32,000 nucleotides of DNA. Source: Candidatus Helarchaeota ASGARD archaeon Hel_GB_B. GTDB taxonomy: Archaea; Asgardarchaeota; Lokiarchaeia; Helarchaeales; HEL-GB-B. The position numbers and the translations under genes were made by a program. Every line of letters begins with the position of its first letter. Position 1 is the stretch's first letter. Under the pieces are notes generated by a model, which was given only the letters and a program-made list of their open reading frames with translations, did not search any database and was not told where the DNA came from. This document shows, piece by piece, positions 18,902 through 28,857 of this stretch. Location of the stretch: the NCBI GenBank assembly GCA_005191425.1, contig SUPR01000033.1, forward strand, positions 1 through 32,000, in the 5' to 3' direction.

Positions 18902-20065
18902 TTGAATAGCTTAAATAACGAAAAAACGCGATTGCCAGCCAGTTTTTTTGAAATAACAGACGAACTTATTGATAAAATAAAAAATGGATATTTTACAGAT
19001 GTTTACTTTTTAAGAGCTTTAAACATAATAAACAGAGTAAAAAAAGAGAATAAAGACTACAGACCAAGATTTTTGATGAATATTTTTTCTAGACATAAGA
19101 AGGGAAAAGCCGTAGTTTGTGGGCTGGATTATAGCATTAGATTAATTCAATCTGTATCTTCAGGTGAAGTTGAAATCAACGCACTATATGATGGAGATAT
19201 TATTGGCCCAAATGAAACGGTTATGACATTAGCAGGTCATTTGGAAGATTTTATTACTCTTGAAACAGTTTATTTGGGGATAATAGCAAGAGCAACAAAG
19301 GTTGCTACGAGATCTTGGGAAGTAGTTGAAGCCAGCTTAGAAAAAAAAATACCGATCTTGTTTTTTCCTGCTAGATTCGATTTATTTAGTAATCAATCTC
19401 TTGATGGATATGCAGGTCATATATCGGGAGTACTTGGAGTCAGTACAGAAGCTCAATCAAAATGGTGGGGTGGTAAACCATTAGGGACTATACCCCATGC
19501 AATTATAGCATATTTTAAACCAGGAGAATTTGAAGGAAGATGGAAAGATTCAACTGTTGAAGCAACTAAGTGGTTTGCTAGGTTACATCCAAATGTAAAT
19601 TGTATAAGTTTGGTTGATTTTGAAAATAATTGCCCTGAAACTTCTTTAAAAGTTGCGACCGCTCTTGAAGATGAAGGTCTAAACTTGTGGGGCGTTAGAT
19701 TGGACACTTCTAGTTCACTTATTGATTTTTCAATTATCGAGAATGGCCAACTGGACGCTTTTGATAAAACAGGTGTCAATCCAACCTTGGTCTGTAATGT
19801 CAGAGATATTTTAGATGACCATGGATTTACAAGAGATAAGGTTAAAATAGTGGTATCAGGAGGATTTGATGCAGACAAAATTAGGTATTATGCAGAAAAT
19901 AATGTCCCTATTGATGCAATTGGTGTTGGGAGTAGTCTATTTAAGGGTAATATAGATTTTACTGCAGATATAGTAGCATATGAAAAGAACAACGAATGGA
20001 TCTCATGTGGAAAAGTGGGTCGCCCTTATCCAAAAGATCTTACAAGACTTGAGAGAGTTGTCTAA
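18902..20065 (+). CDS. pncB: Nicotinate phosphoribosyltransferase (archaeal type II PRTase)
   Basis: FTDVYFLRA, GTIPHAII, VRLDTSS and VSGGFDADKI match the NAPRT/QPRT fold pattern. TTG 18902 lies 9 nt after GAGGA (18888-18892). The tracked start at 18782 adds 40 low-complexity codons running through the spacer. Confidence 0.8.
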   Translation: MNSLNNEKTRLPASFFEITDELIDKIKNGYFTDVYFLRALNIINRVKKENKDYRPRFLMNIFSRHKKGKAVVCGLDYSIRLIQSVSSGEVEINALYDGDIIGPNETVMTLAGHLEDFITLETVYLGIIARATKVATRSWEVVEASLEKKIPILFFPARFDLFSNQSLDGYAGHISGVLGVSTEAQSKWWGGKPLGTIPHAIIAYFKPGEFEGRWKDSTVEATKWFARLHPNVNCISLVDFENNCPETSLKVATALEDEGLNLWGVRLDTSSSLIDFSIIENGQLDAFDKTGVNPTLVCNVRDILDDHGFTRDKVKIVVSGGFDADKIRYYAENNVPIDAIGVGSSLFKGNIDFTADIVAYEKNNEWISCGKVGRPYPKDLTRLERVV

Positions 20066-21700
20066 TTGTCAATATTTGAATTAATAAGAGCTAGCGGTCT
20101 TGGTAGACTTGGTAAGTTAATTACCTCAAATGGTACTGTTTATACTCCAGAGTTAATGCCTGTATTTAACCCAAATAAACCTTTAATCAGTACCAAGGAA
20201 TTAATTAAAGAATTTAAAATTAAAATTTTGATAACGAATGCGTATATTATATATAGAACACCACACCTAAAATCAGAAGCTGAAAAAGGAATTCATAATT
20301 TAATTGAATTTCCTGGGGTAATTATGCTTGATTCAGGAGCTTATCAAGCATGGATGTATAAAAAAGATTTATCAGTTTCTAATAAAGAAATTATAGAATT
20401 CCAAGATTTACTTAGACCAAATATAGCAACTATTTTAGACATTTTCACAGATACTGATGACTATGAAACTGCTAAAAAAGGAGTAATTGAAACTATTAAT
20501 CGTGCCAAGGAATGTATTAAAGTAAGAGATCAAGATAATCAAGATATATTATGGGCTGCACCAATTCAAGGAGGAAAATTTTTAGATTTAATAGAATATT
20601 CAGCAAAAAAGTTGTCAAAACTAGACTTTAAATATCATCCTTTAGGTACTCTTGCACCATCATTAATGAATTACGAATATCGTGGAGTATTAGATGCAAT
20701 TGCAACTGCGAAACTTAATATGAATAGCTCTCGTCCGCTCCATGCCTTTTCGATTGGGCATCCAATGTTTTTTTCGTTATCTGTACTATTTGGTAGTGAT
20801 TTATTTGATTCATCTTCATATGCACTATATGCTCAAAATAACAGATATATAACGACTTTTAGGACTTTTAATCTTAATGACCTGGTTGAATTTCCATGTA
20901 CATGTCCAATTTGTAGTAAATATACTCCAGAAGAATTAAAAAGAATGGACAAAGAAAATAGAATTAAAAATTTAGCAAAACATAATCTTTACGTTTGTTT
21001 AGGCGAAATGAAAATTATTAGAGAAGCAATTAGAAGGGATAAATTGTGGGAATTAGTACAATCAAGAGTTAGAGCTCATCCAAATTTAATTGATGCATAT
21101 TTTTATAACCTAATGAAATATCATAAAAAAATTGAAATTTATGACACGCTTACTAAACGCACTGCATTTTTTTACAGCGGATTAGATTCCTTATTAAGAC
21201 CTGAAGTATTAAGACATAAAAAATGGCTGATTGATCGCTATAGCCCCCCGAGTGCTTCTATTTTAATAATTTTAATAGATATTATTTTTAGAACGTTAGA
21301 ATCAAAATATTTTAAAGTATGGACTGAAAAAATTAAAGGAATTATCTATAATATAAATAATTTATCTGAAAAAGATATCCATTTTTGTATTTTATCTCCA
21401 ATTTTTGGTATAATACCGATAGAAATTGCAGAATCATATCCATTTTCTCAATATCTATATCCAAATATATTTTTTGAATCACTTTCAGACCATGTGTCAA
21501 GTATCTTTAAAGATTATATAAAAGCATTCCATACAAATTATAAGAAAATCATAATTTTTTACCCAGAATTAACTTTAAAAAAGAAAGAAATTTATAAATA
21601 TCCCGAAATTAAATTAGATACCCTTCCAGATGATATATTAAAAGAAAATAAGGTCTATATTGTTAAAAATATTGAAGATATCGAAAAATTACTGACTTGA
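20066..21700 (+). CDS. tgtA: Archaeosine tRNA-guanine transglycosylase (ArcTGT family)
   Basis: The N-terminus is SIFELIRASGLGRLGKLITSNGTVYTPELMPVFNP. Catalytic Asp contexts are MLDSGAYQ and SDLFDSSSY. The zinc motif is CTCPIC. The TTG start directly abuts the pncB stop. I could not recognise a PUA domain in the last 80 aa or so. Confidence 0.8.
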   Translation: MSIFELIRASGLGRLGKLITSNGTVYTPELMPVFNPNKPLISTKELIKEFKIKILITNAYIIYRTPHLKSEAEKGIHNLIEFPGVIMLDSGAYQAWMYKKDLSVSNKEIIEFQDLLRPNIATILDIFTDTDDYETAKKGVIETINRAKECIKVRDQDNQDILWAAPIQGGKFLDLIEYSAKKLSKLDFKYHPLGTLAPSLMNYEYRGVLDAIATAKLNMNSSRPLHAFSIGHPMFFSLSVLFGSDLFDSSSYALYAQNNRYITTFRTFNLNDLVEFPCTCPICSKYTPEELKRMDKENRIKNLAKHNLYVCLGEMKIIREAIRRDKLWELVQSRVRAHPNLIDAYFYNLMKYHKKIEIYDTLTKRTAFFYSGLDSLLRPEVLRHKKWLIDRYSPPSASILIILIDIIFRTLESKYFKVWTEKIKGIIYNINNLSEKDIHFCILSPIFGIIPIEIAESYPFSQYLYPNIFFESLSDHVSSIFKDYIKAFHTNYKKIIIFYPELTLKKKEIYKYPEIKLDTLPDDILKENKVYIVKNIEDIEKLLT

Positions 21701-21947
21701 TTTTAATCCAATTTATTCATTAAATAAGTTTTAAAAAAATTAAAAACAAAATTTTTAAAGCAAGTTTTTATTAAAACAAATACATTACACTATTAAATTT
21801 AATTTCTCATAAACAAAATAAATTTTTAATGTTTGTGTATTTACCTTTACATACTCTAATAATTATTAAAATCAATAATCAAAATAATTTGATTACTATA
21901 AATTAGAATTAATAATTTTTAATAATTACATTAACAGAGGTTATTAA

Positions 21948-22397
21948 ATGAGCGCAGAAAACAAATTTTATAGAGAGCTAGCTAATTTAATTGGTTCAAG
22001 AATTAAAGTCCAGACTAATTTAATTAATAATCAAGTTTATACGGGTACACTTGCTGCTTATGACCGTAATACAATGTCGCTGGTAATCCATAAAGCAGAA
22101 GACCAAGATGGGAATAAATACGAAAAAATTGTAATTTATGGACAATGGGTTCAATATATTATAGAAACAGAGAAACCATTCGATTTAAAAGGTTTGGCTG
22201 ATTCCCTTTCTAAATTATTTCCCCCTGGAGAGGTTGAATATATTGAATCTGCAGGGTCAATTATGATACTTAATAAAATTAAAGTAACTGAGGACGGAGT
22301 CCAAGGGGTTGGCCCACTGGCTGAAAGAGTACAAAGAGCTTTTGATGAATTTGTTGCTGAAAAGAAAGCAGAAAAAAAAACCAATAAAATAACTTAA
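21948..22397 (+). CDS. Sm-like (LSm) protein with a C-terminal extension
   Basis: Sm1-like segment IGSRIKVQTNLINNQVYTGTLAAYDRNTMSLVI and Sm2-like segment IVIYGQWVQYI, followed by about 75 extra residues. GAGGT lies 6 nt upstream of the ATG. Confidence 0.55.
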   Translation: MSAENKFYRELANLIGSRIKVQTNLINNQVYTGTLAAYDRNTMSLVIHKAEDQDGNKYEKIVIYGQWVQYIIETEKPFDLKGLADSLSKLFPPGEVEYIESAGSIMILNKIKVTEDGVQGVGPLAERVQRAFDEFVAEKKAEKKTNKIT

Positions 22398-22412
22398 TAA
22401 TAGGTGTAAAAA

Positions 22413-22763
22413 ATGTTGCAATTTGAAACAAAAGTAATTAAAATTGAACCTACAGAAACTAGCGGAGTATCATTTATTTATTTCTCAAGCAATAAAGGCG
22501 AGTTAAAACTTGAATTGCCAGATAAAATAAATTATTTTACTAAAGAAGACGAAATAAAAATACGACTTGTAGATGAGGATAAACCAGAAGATGATGACAA
22601 ACTTTTTGTCAAGGGATTTATATATTCAAACACAAAAACAGAGAATGATAAAAGAATTATATTAATAAGTATTGGAGGTCTTATTTTTAAATTAGTCATG
22701 GAAGATAATTCAGAATTAACTAATCTTAAGCCAAAACGCGATATTTATATCGGCTTCAAATAA
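22413..22763 (+). CDS. rpoG: Candidate RNA polymerase subunit Rpo8 (RpoG/Rpb8-like)
   Basis: The C-terminal pattern KGFIYS...RIILISIGGLIFKLVMEDN...RDIYIGFK parallels the Rpb8/Rpo8 signature (YVMxGxxY ... SFGGLLMxL ... VYLLxKK). It is 116 aa, and AGGTG (22402-22406) lies 6 nt upstream of the ATG. Confidence 0.5.
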   Translation: MLQFETKVIKIEPTETSGVSFIYFSSNKGELKLELPDKINYFTKEDEIKIRLVDEDKPEDDDKLFVKGFIYSNTKTENDKRIILISIGGLIFKLVMEDNSELTNLKPKRDIYIGFK

Positions 22764-23380
22764 AAATAAATGAAATTTATCTGTAACATTAATTATTGTA
22801 ATATTAATTATAATTACAATAAATTTGATAAACAGATGGATAATATATATTTAGTAAATTTTAAATTGGTTAATTTATTATGAAAATAAATTACTAATTT
22901 ATTTAATTAAAAGTAATGGTATTTCTTTTATTTTTTATTTATCTCCTATTTAAATTTAGAAATTATACCTTAAAAGGATATGTCAAGATTTTCTGGTTTA
23001 AATTAAAAAAGAAATAATTTTATTAAATAAAAAATAAAAATTTCTAATTATCACTAAATCAGATTTAGCCAAAAATAAAATATATAACTATTTTTTAAAT
23101 TTTATTTAATTTTCCATAAAATTAATAAGTATTCTATCTAATTCAACTAATTAAACACTTTAAAATTAATAAATTTGAAATAAAAATTCTTCAATTTTTT
23201 GTAAACTAAAAATAGAGGAAATAATGGTGAAAAAATTTTTATAAAGATTTTAAGTACCATGAGATTGAAATTTCAAGTTTTTAGTTATACTTTTAATTTT
23301 AGAAAATTTTACATAAAAACGAATAAATTTTGAGTAATTAACATATAATATAGTAAAAAGTAAAAATAGGTGACCTTAAA

Positions 23381-25069
23381 ATGAGTCAGATAGGATCACT
23401 TGGTGGCCAACCTGTAATAATTTTAAAAGAAGGTACGAATAGGACTAGAGGTAAAGATGCATCGAGAGTTAATATAATGGCGGCAAAAGTCATAGCTGAA
23501 GCCGTTAAAAGTACTCTTGGTCCTAAAGGTATGGACAAAATGTTAGTAGATTCATTAGGTGATGTAGTGATCACGAATGATGGCGCAACGATTCTTGATG
23601 AAATCGATGTACAACATCCAGCAGCAAAAATGCTTGTCGATGTAGCAAAAACACAAGATGATGAAGTTGGTGATGGGACTACTACAGCAACTATTCTTGC
23701 AGGAGAATTGTTAAAACTTTCTGAAGATTTGTTAGATCAAGGAATTCATCCTACTACAATAGTTAGTGGCTTGAAGAAGGGTGGAGACAAAGCTCGAGAA
23801 ATTGTTGAACAAATAGCTATTGAAGTCGATATTAACGATAAAGAAATTTTGAAAAAATGTGCAAAAACTTCAATGAATTCAAAATCTATTTCTATGGGAA
23901 AAGATTATTTCGCAGATATCGCAGTTGATGCAGTTGATCAAATAAAAGAAAAACGCGGTGATAAATGGGTAGTAGATATTGACCAAATTCAAATCCAAAA
24001 AAAGCAAGGTAAAAGCGTAATGGACACAGAATTGATTAAAGGAATAATTATTGACAAGGAAGTAGTCCATTCTGCTATGCCCAAGAAAGTTGAGAATGCA
24101 AAAATACTTCTTATTGATTCAGCGTTAGAAATTGAAAAAACAGAATTCGATGCCGAAATCAGGATAACAGACCCTGCTCAAATGCAACAATTCTTAGACG
24201 AAGAAGAACGAATGTTGAAATCAATGATTGATAAAGTAATTGAAGTAGGAGCAAATGTGGTCTTCTGTCAAAAAGGTATTGATGATGTAGCACAACATTT
24301 CTTAGCAAAAAACAAAATCTTAGCGGTAAGAAGAGTCAAAAAATCAGATATGGAAAAATTAAAGCGTGCCACCGGAGCTAATATAATCTCAAATATCGAG
24401 GATTTAACTTCAGATGATTTAGGTAGCTCAGCAAAAGTCGAAGAGAAAAAAGTCGGCTCTGATAAGATGGTCTTTATTGAAGGCTGCAAAGACCCAAAAG
24501 CGGTCAGTATTTTAATAAGAGGCGGCGTAGAACATTTAACCGATGAAGCTGAACGTTCTCTACATGATGCATTATGCGTGGTTGCAGATATTATAGAAAA
24601 TAACAAAATAGTCCCTGGGGGAGGTGCCCCAGAGATTGAAGTTGCAATGAAATTGAGAGAATTTTCAGCAAGTGTTGGAGGACGAGAACAACTGGCTATC
24701 GATCAACTAGCATCAGCATTAGAAGTAATACCAAAAACATTATCAGAAAATGCTGGGTTAGATCCTATCGATATTCTTGTAGAACTTCGAGAAAAACATA
24801 GTCAACCTTCGGGGGTAAACTATGGCGTTGATGTATTCAGTGGTAAAGCAAGTGATATGGTAGAAATGGGTATAATAGAACCATTAGTAATAAAACTACA
24901 AGCAATTAAATCGGCAATTGAAGCCGCCAGTATGATTCTCAGAATTGACGATGTTATTGCAGCAAAAGCTAGTTCAGGCCCACCAGGCGGTGGTGGTGGA
25001 ATGCCAGGTGGGATGCCAGGTGGAATGGGCGGAATGGGCGGCTATGGTGGAATGCCCCCTATGATGTAA
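23381..25069 (+). CDS. ths: Thermosome subunit (group II chaperonin)
   Basis: [26 protein letters not shown] and VPGGGAPE motifs, plus a Gly/Met-rich C-terminal tail. AGGTGA (23368-23373) lies 7 nt upstream of the ATG. Confidence 0.95.
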   Translation: MSQIGSLGGQPVIILKEGTNRTRGKDASRVNIMAAKVIAEAVKSTLGPKGMDKMLVDSLGDVVITNDGATILDEIDVQHPAAKMLVDVAKTQDDEVGDGTTTATILAGELLKLSEDLLDQGIHPTTIVSGLKKGGDKAREIVEQIAIEVDINDKEILKKCAKTSMNSKSISMGKDYFADIAVDAVDQIKEKRGDKWVVDIDQIQIQKKQGKSVMDTELIKGIIIDKEVVHSAMPKKVENAKILLIDSALEIEKTEFDAEIRITDPAQMQQFLDEEERMLKSMIDKVIEVGANVVFCQKGIDDVAQHFLAKNKILAVRRVKKSDMEKLKRATGANIISNIEDLTSDDLGSSAKVEEKKVGSDKMVFIEGCKDPKAVSILIRGGVEHLTDEAERSLHDALCVVADIIENNKIVPGGGAPEIEVAMKLREFSASVGGREQLAIDQLASALEVIPKTLSENAGLDPIDILVELREKHSQPSGVNYGVDVFSGKASDMVEMGIIEPLVIKLQAIKSAIEAASMILRIDDVIAAKASSGPPGGGGGMPGGMPGGMGGMGGYGGMPPMM

Positions 25070-25075
25070 AATATT

Positions 25076-25095
25076 TATTTCTTTTTTTTATTATT
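25076..25095 (+). terminator. Oligo-T tract downstream of the thermosome gene
   Basis: A T8 run at 25082-25089 lies 13 nt after the stop codon. Archaeal RNAP terminates at oligo-dT tracts. The AT-rich background lowers specificity. Confidence 0.3.
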
Positions 25096-25600
25096 TATCT
25101 TATATTTTAGTATCAATACTGCGAAAGAACATTAATATCTTGATGGATTTTATAGCTTTTTGATAATGCTATTTATCTAAAATTCCTACTACACTATTAT
25201 TGACTATTTTTTCAGTTTTAAAAAACAAACTAAATATTCTTTAAAATGAGATATTCGTTCATCTTAAATATTTCAAATTGATTAAACCACTTCAATGACT
25301 AATTTGAACAATTGATGAGCGATTTGAAAACAAGGAAATAAATTTATCAGTTATAATTAATATAAAGAATTAAATACAAATAGATAAATCAATAAGTATA
25401 AATTTTAAAAGTTATCTGGAAGGAATTTAACATTTTACAAATTAAATATAACTTTTTAAGTCAATTAATTTTAAAAAAAATTAATTTATGAATTTAAAAA
25501 AAAGAAAATATATTATAAAATAAAAAAATTTTTGAAGAAAATTTGAATTGTTCTTTTTGATTTAAAATTATTAACATGATAAAATTAGCGGGTCAATCAA

Positions 25601-27115
25601 ATGAGTACATATGACGTTAATATTTTAGAAGTATTAAAAAATGAGAACGATTATATTACTCCAATTGAATTAGCAATGAAAGCTAATCTAAAATTAGAGC
25701 AAGTTCAAACAATATTACCAAGATTAGAATATTATAAAGCAATAGAGATAAAAGATGAGATTAGTGAATATATATTTTTAACAAAAGAAGGAAAAAAATA
25801 TTTAGACCAAGGGTTACCTGAAATTATTTTGCTCAAATATATTTCAAAATCAGAATGTATTTTAACAAAAGAATTAAAATCAAGTGACCTAGAAGATTTT
25901 GTTAAGAAAATCGGTATCAATTGGGCAAAAAAGAAAAATTATATTGAATTTAAAAAGAAAGACAAGGAATCTATAATTTGTTTAACTTCTCTGGGGAAGG
26001 ACGTAATAAATAAAGGATCGCAAGAAGAGAAATTTATAAATTTGTTCAGATCAGTACCTGAAATACTTACCAAAAATTTAGATAAGGAATATAATAAAAT
26101 TATAAACGAATTTAGAGAGAGAGGACTTATAGATTCTAGAAGTGAAAAAAATAGATTTGTTAAGATAAGAAAAGGAGTAAATATCGAAGATTTTAGAATT
26201 AAAGAAATAACCAGGTTAACTCAAGATATAATTAAAAATAAAGAATGGAAAAAAAGAAAAATAAAAGAGTTTGATATAAGTTTAAGTCCAAGAATTGTAT
26301 ATTCAGCTAAGAGGCAGCCATATCTTGAGTTTTTAGATGAAGTTAGATATTTATTAATTGGTATGGGGTTCAAGGAATATAAAGGACCTTTTGTAGAGGC
26401 AGAGTTTTATAATTTTGATTGTTTAAATCAAGCTCAAGATCATCCAGCTAGAGAAATTCATGACTCATATATATTAAAAAAACCAAAAGAAGCCGTTATA
26501 AAAGATATGGAATTAGTAGAAAGAGTAAAACAAACACATGAAAATGGTTGGAAAACAAATTCGTCCGGATGGGGTTATAAATGGAGTTTTGATTTAGCGA
26601 GGAGATTAATTTTACGATCTCAGACTACAGCAGTTTCCGTACGGACTATCTTAAAAGAGAAAAAACCACCGATTAAAATGTTTACTTTAGACCGGGTATT
26701 CAGGCCTGATGTCCTTGATGCAAAACATGCTCAAGAATTTGATCAATGTGAAGGAATTGTACTTGGGGAAAATCTGAACCTACAAAATCTTTTGGGAATT
26801 TTAAAAGAATTTGCATTTCAGTTAGGTTTTAAAGAAATTAAATTTAAACCAGGATTTTTTCCATTTACGTCTCCTAGCGTTGAAGCTTTTGTTAAACATG
26901 AAAAACTTGGGTGGATGGAAATATTAGGTTCTGGTCTTTTTAGACCAGAAGTACTTATCCCTCTTGGAATCGATTATCCAAAAGTTCAATGCTTAGCTTG
27001 GGGAGTAGGAATTGGTAGGTTAGCTATGGTAAGATTGGGATTGAACGATATTCGCGCTTTACATTCTCAAGATCTAAATTATTTAAGAAATTCGACTATT
27101 ATTATAAAAAAATAA
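25601..27115 (+). CDS. pheS: Phenylalanine--tRNA ligase alpha subunit
   Basis: Class II motif 2 VFRPDVLDAKHAQEFDQCEG and motif 3 WGVGIGRLAM. The archaeal-type long N-terminal domain is present. Confidence 0.9.
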   Translation: MSTYDVNILEVLKNENDYITPIELAMKANLKLEQVQTILPRLEYYKAIEIKDEISEYIFLTKEGKKYLDQGLPEIILLKYISKSECILTKELKSSDLEDFVKKIGINWAKKKNYIEFKKKDKESIICLTSLGKDVINKGSQEEKFINLFRSVPEILTKNLDKEYNKIINEFRERGLIDSRSEKNRFVKIRKGVNIEDFRIKEITRLTQDIIKNKEWKKRKIKEFDISLSPRIVYSAKRQPYLEFLDEVRYLLIGMGFKEYKGPFVEAEFYNFDCLNQAQDHPAREIHDSYILKKPKEAVIKDMELVERVKQTHENGWKTNSSGWGYKWSFDLARRLILRSQTTAVSVRTILKEKKPPIKMFTLDRVFRPDVLDAKHAQEFDQCEGIVLGENLNLQNLLGILKEFAFQLGFKEIKFKPGFFPFTSPSVEAFVKHEKLGWMEILGSGLFRPEVLIPLGIDYPKVQCLAWGVGIGRLAMVRLGLNDIRALHSQDLNYLRNSTIIIKK

Positions 27116-27131
27116 ATTTGAGTGATTATTA

Positions 27132-28850
27132 ATGCCAACAATAAATGTATCATGGGAAGATTTGTCCAAATTAATCTTAAAAGGACTAAATAAAAATGAG
27201 ATTTCTAAATTAGCATTCGAAGTTGATGAAGATATATTTTATAAAGATGATTTGGAAGAATTAATTTTTTTAAATAAAGGGGAAGTTGAAAGCTGGAAGG
27301 ATGACCAAATTGAAATAGAAGTTACAAGTGATAGAATAGATTTATTATCGACAGAAGGATTTTCAAGAGCAATTAGAGGTTTTTTGGGTATTGAAAAAGG
27401 ACTTCCTACTTATAAAGTTGAAAATTCAGGTATTGATTTAATAGTTGACCCTTCTGTTAATCAAGTAAGACCATTTATTGTTTCAGGAATTGTCGAAGGA
27501 GTAGAATTTTCCGATACGCAGGTAGCACAAATAATGCAAGCACAAGAAAAATTGCACGCAACTCACTCCAGGAACAGAAAACAGGCATCAATAGGACTCC
27601 ATGATTTGGATAAGATTGTACCACCCATAACATATTGTGCTAAAAAACCTGAAGAAATTAAATTTATACCCTTACATGAAACTAAAGAAATGAATGGAAA
27701 AGAGATACTTGAGAAAATCCCGAAGGGCAGAGAATATAAATACATAATAGAAAACGCACCAGTATATCCAATTTTACATGATTCAAAAGGGACCATATTA
27801 TCATTACCACCGATAATAAATTCCGTTGATACAGCAGTTACTCCAGATACAAGAAATCTGTTTTTCGATATTACTTGTTTAAATAAAGAAATTGCAAAAT
27901 ATGCACTGAACGTCTTAGTTTGTAACATTGCTGAACGAGGTGGACAAATTAAATCCGTCAACATCAAATATCCAGACCACACGGAAGTACTACCAGATTT
28001 AACGCCGAATAAAAGAGATGTCCACCTTGGTTTCGCCAATAAAGTTTTAGGTTTAAATTTGACAATTGAAGAATTAAAAGATTTAATCCTAAGAGCTAGA
28101 ATGGGCTTTAAAGAGAAAAATAAAAATACTTTAACCGTGTTAATACCTCCTTTTAGGTCAGATAACCACCATGAAATAGACATAGTTGAAAGTATTGCTA
28201 TTGCTTATGGATATAACAAATTTGAGCCAAAAATACCTAAAATTGTAACAGTTGGAGAGGAAGATTCTTTTGAGAAATTTATCAGAAAAATTACATACTT
28301 TTTAATTGGTCTAGGATTTCAAGAAGTCAACAATTATATAATGACGGGTAAGGAAATACAATTTAAAAAGATGAATATTGACGAATCTAAAACTAATTTT
28401 GTAGAAATTAGTAACCCAATTAGTTCCAGCTTTGCTATATTGAGGAACGATTTATTACCAATCAATTTAGATTTCTTATCGAAAAATACCCACGTAAATT
28501 TACCTATAAAGATTTTTGAGATAGGAGATATAGTCGAAATTGACGAATCGCTTGAAACTAAAACTAAACAGACCAGGCAGTTGGCTGTGCTATATACGGA
28601 TTATTCTGTATCATTTGAAAATATCCAAGCAGCTTTATTTGCACTTATGAAATATTTGAATATAGATTTTAAATTAGTAAAGTTGAAGAATACCACATAT
28701 ATCAATGGACGCGCCGCTAATATTGTGAACAATGGTGAAATTATAGGCGATCTCGGTGAAATTTCGTTAGAAATACTTGAGAATTTTGATTTGATCAATC
28801 CAGTCGCTGCTTTTCGGTTAAATTTAACAACATTATATAAATTAATTTGA
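27132..28850 (+). CDS. pheT: Phenylalanine--tRNA ligase beta subunit
   Basis: 572 aa, starting 16 nt after pheS. The N-terminus is MPTINVSWEDL, with B3/4- and B5-like regions (TSDRIDLLSTEGFSRAIRGFLG, IPPFRSDNHHEIDIVE). Confidence 0.9.
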   Translation: MPTINVSWEDLSKLILKGLNKNEISKLAFEVDEDIFYKDDLEELIFLNKGEVESWKDDQIEIEVTSDRIDLLSTEGFSRAIRGFLGIEKGLPTYKVENSGIDLIVDPSVNQVRPFIVSGIVEGVEFSDTQVAQIMQAQEKLHATHSRNRKQASIGLHDLDKIVPPITYCAKKPEEIKFIPLHETKEMNGKEILEKIPKGREYKYIIENAPVYPILHDSKGTILSLPPIINSVDTAVTPDTRNLFFDITCLNKEIAKYALNVLVCNIAERGGQIKSVNIKYPDHTEVLPDLTPNKRDVHLGFANKVLGLNLTIEELKDLILRARMGFKEKNKNTLTVLIPPFRSDNHHEIDIVESIAIAYGYNKFEPKIPKIVTVGEEDSFEKFIRKITYFLIGLGFQEVNNYIMTGKEIQFKKMNIDESKTNFVEISNPISSSFAILRNDLLPINLDFLSKNTHVNLPIKIFEIGDIVEIDESLETKTKQTRQLAVLYTDYSVSFENIQAALFALMKYLNIDFKLVKLKNTTYINGRAANIVNNGEIIGDLGEISLEILENFDLINPVAAFRLNLTTLYKLI

Positions 28851-28857
28851 GATTTAA

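Noticed and set aside
22793-22822. 10-bp inverted repeat TTATTGTAAT / ATTACAATAA about 30 nt after the Rpo8-like gene, considered as a terminator hairpin
   Set aside because: It is pure A/T and has a 10-nt loop. Such palindromes arise by chance in this composition, and archaeal termination does not require hairpins.
23214-23244. Six-codon mini-ORF (ATG GTG AAA AAA TTT TTA TAA) with GAGGAA upstream, in the thermosome leader region
   Set aside because: It is too short and too AT-rich to distinguish from chance without transcript or conservation data.
24970-25069. Gly/Met-rich C-terminal tail of the thermosome ([27 protein letters not shown]), considered as a repeat or low-complexity anomaly
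   Set aside because: GGM-type tails are a normal feature of chaperonins, so this is not an independent element.
27563-28183. 206-aa ORF antisense to pheT, plus similar shadow ORFs antisense to their host CDS at 19453-19878, 24268-24606, 9276-9617 and 22151-22384
   Set aside because: Each overlaps a CDS with clear family motifs on the other strand, and none carries motifs of its own.
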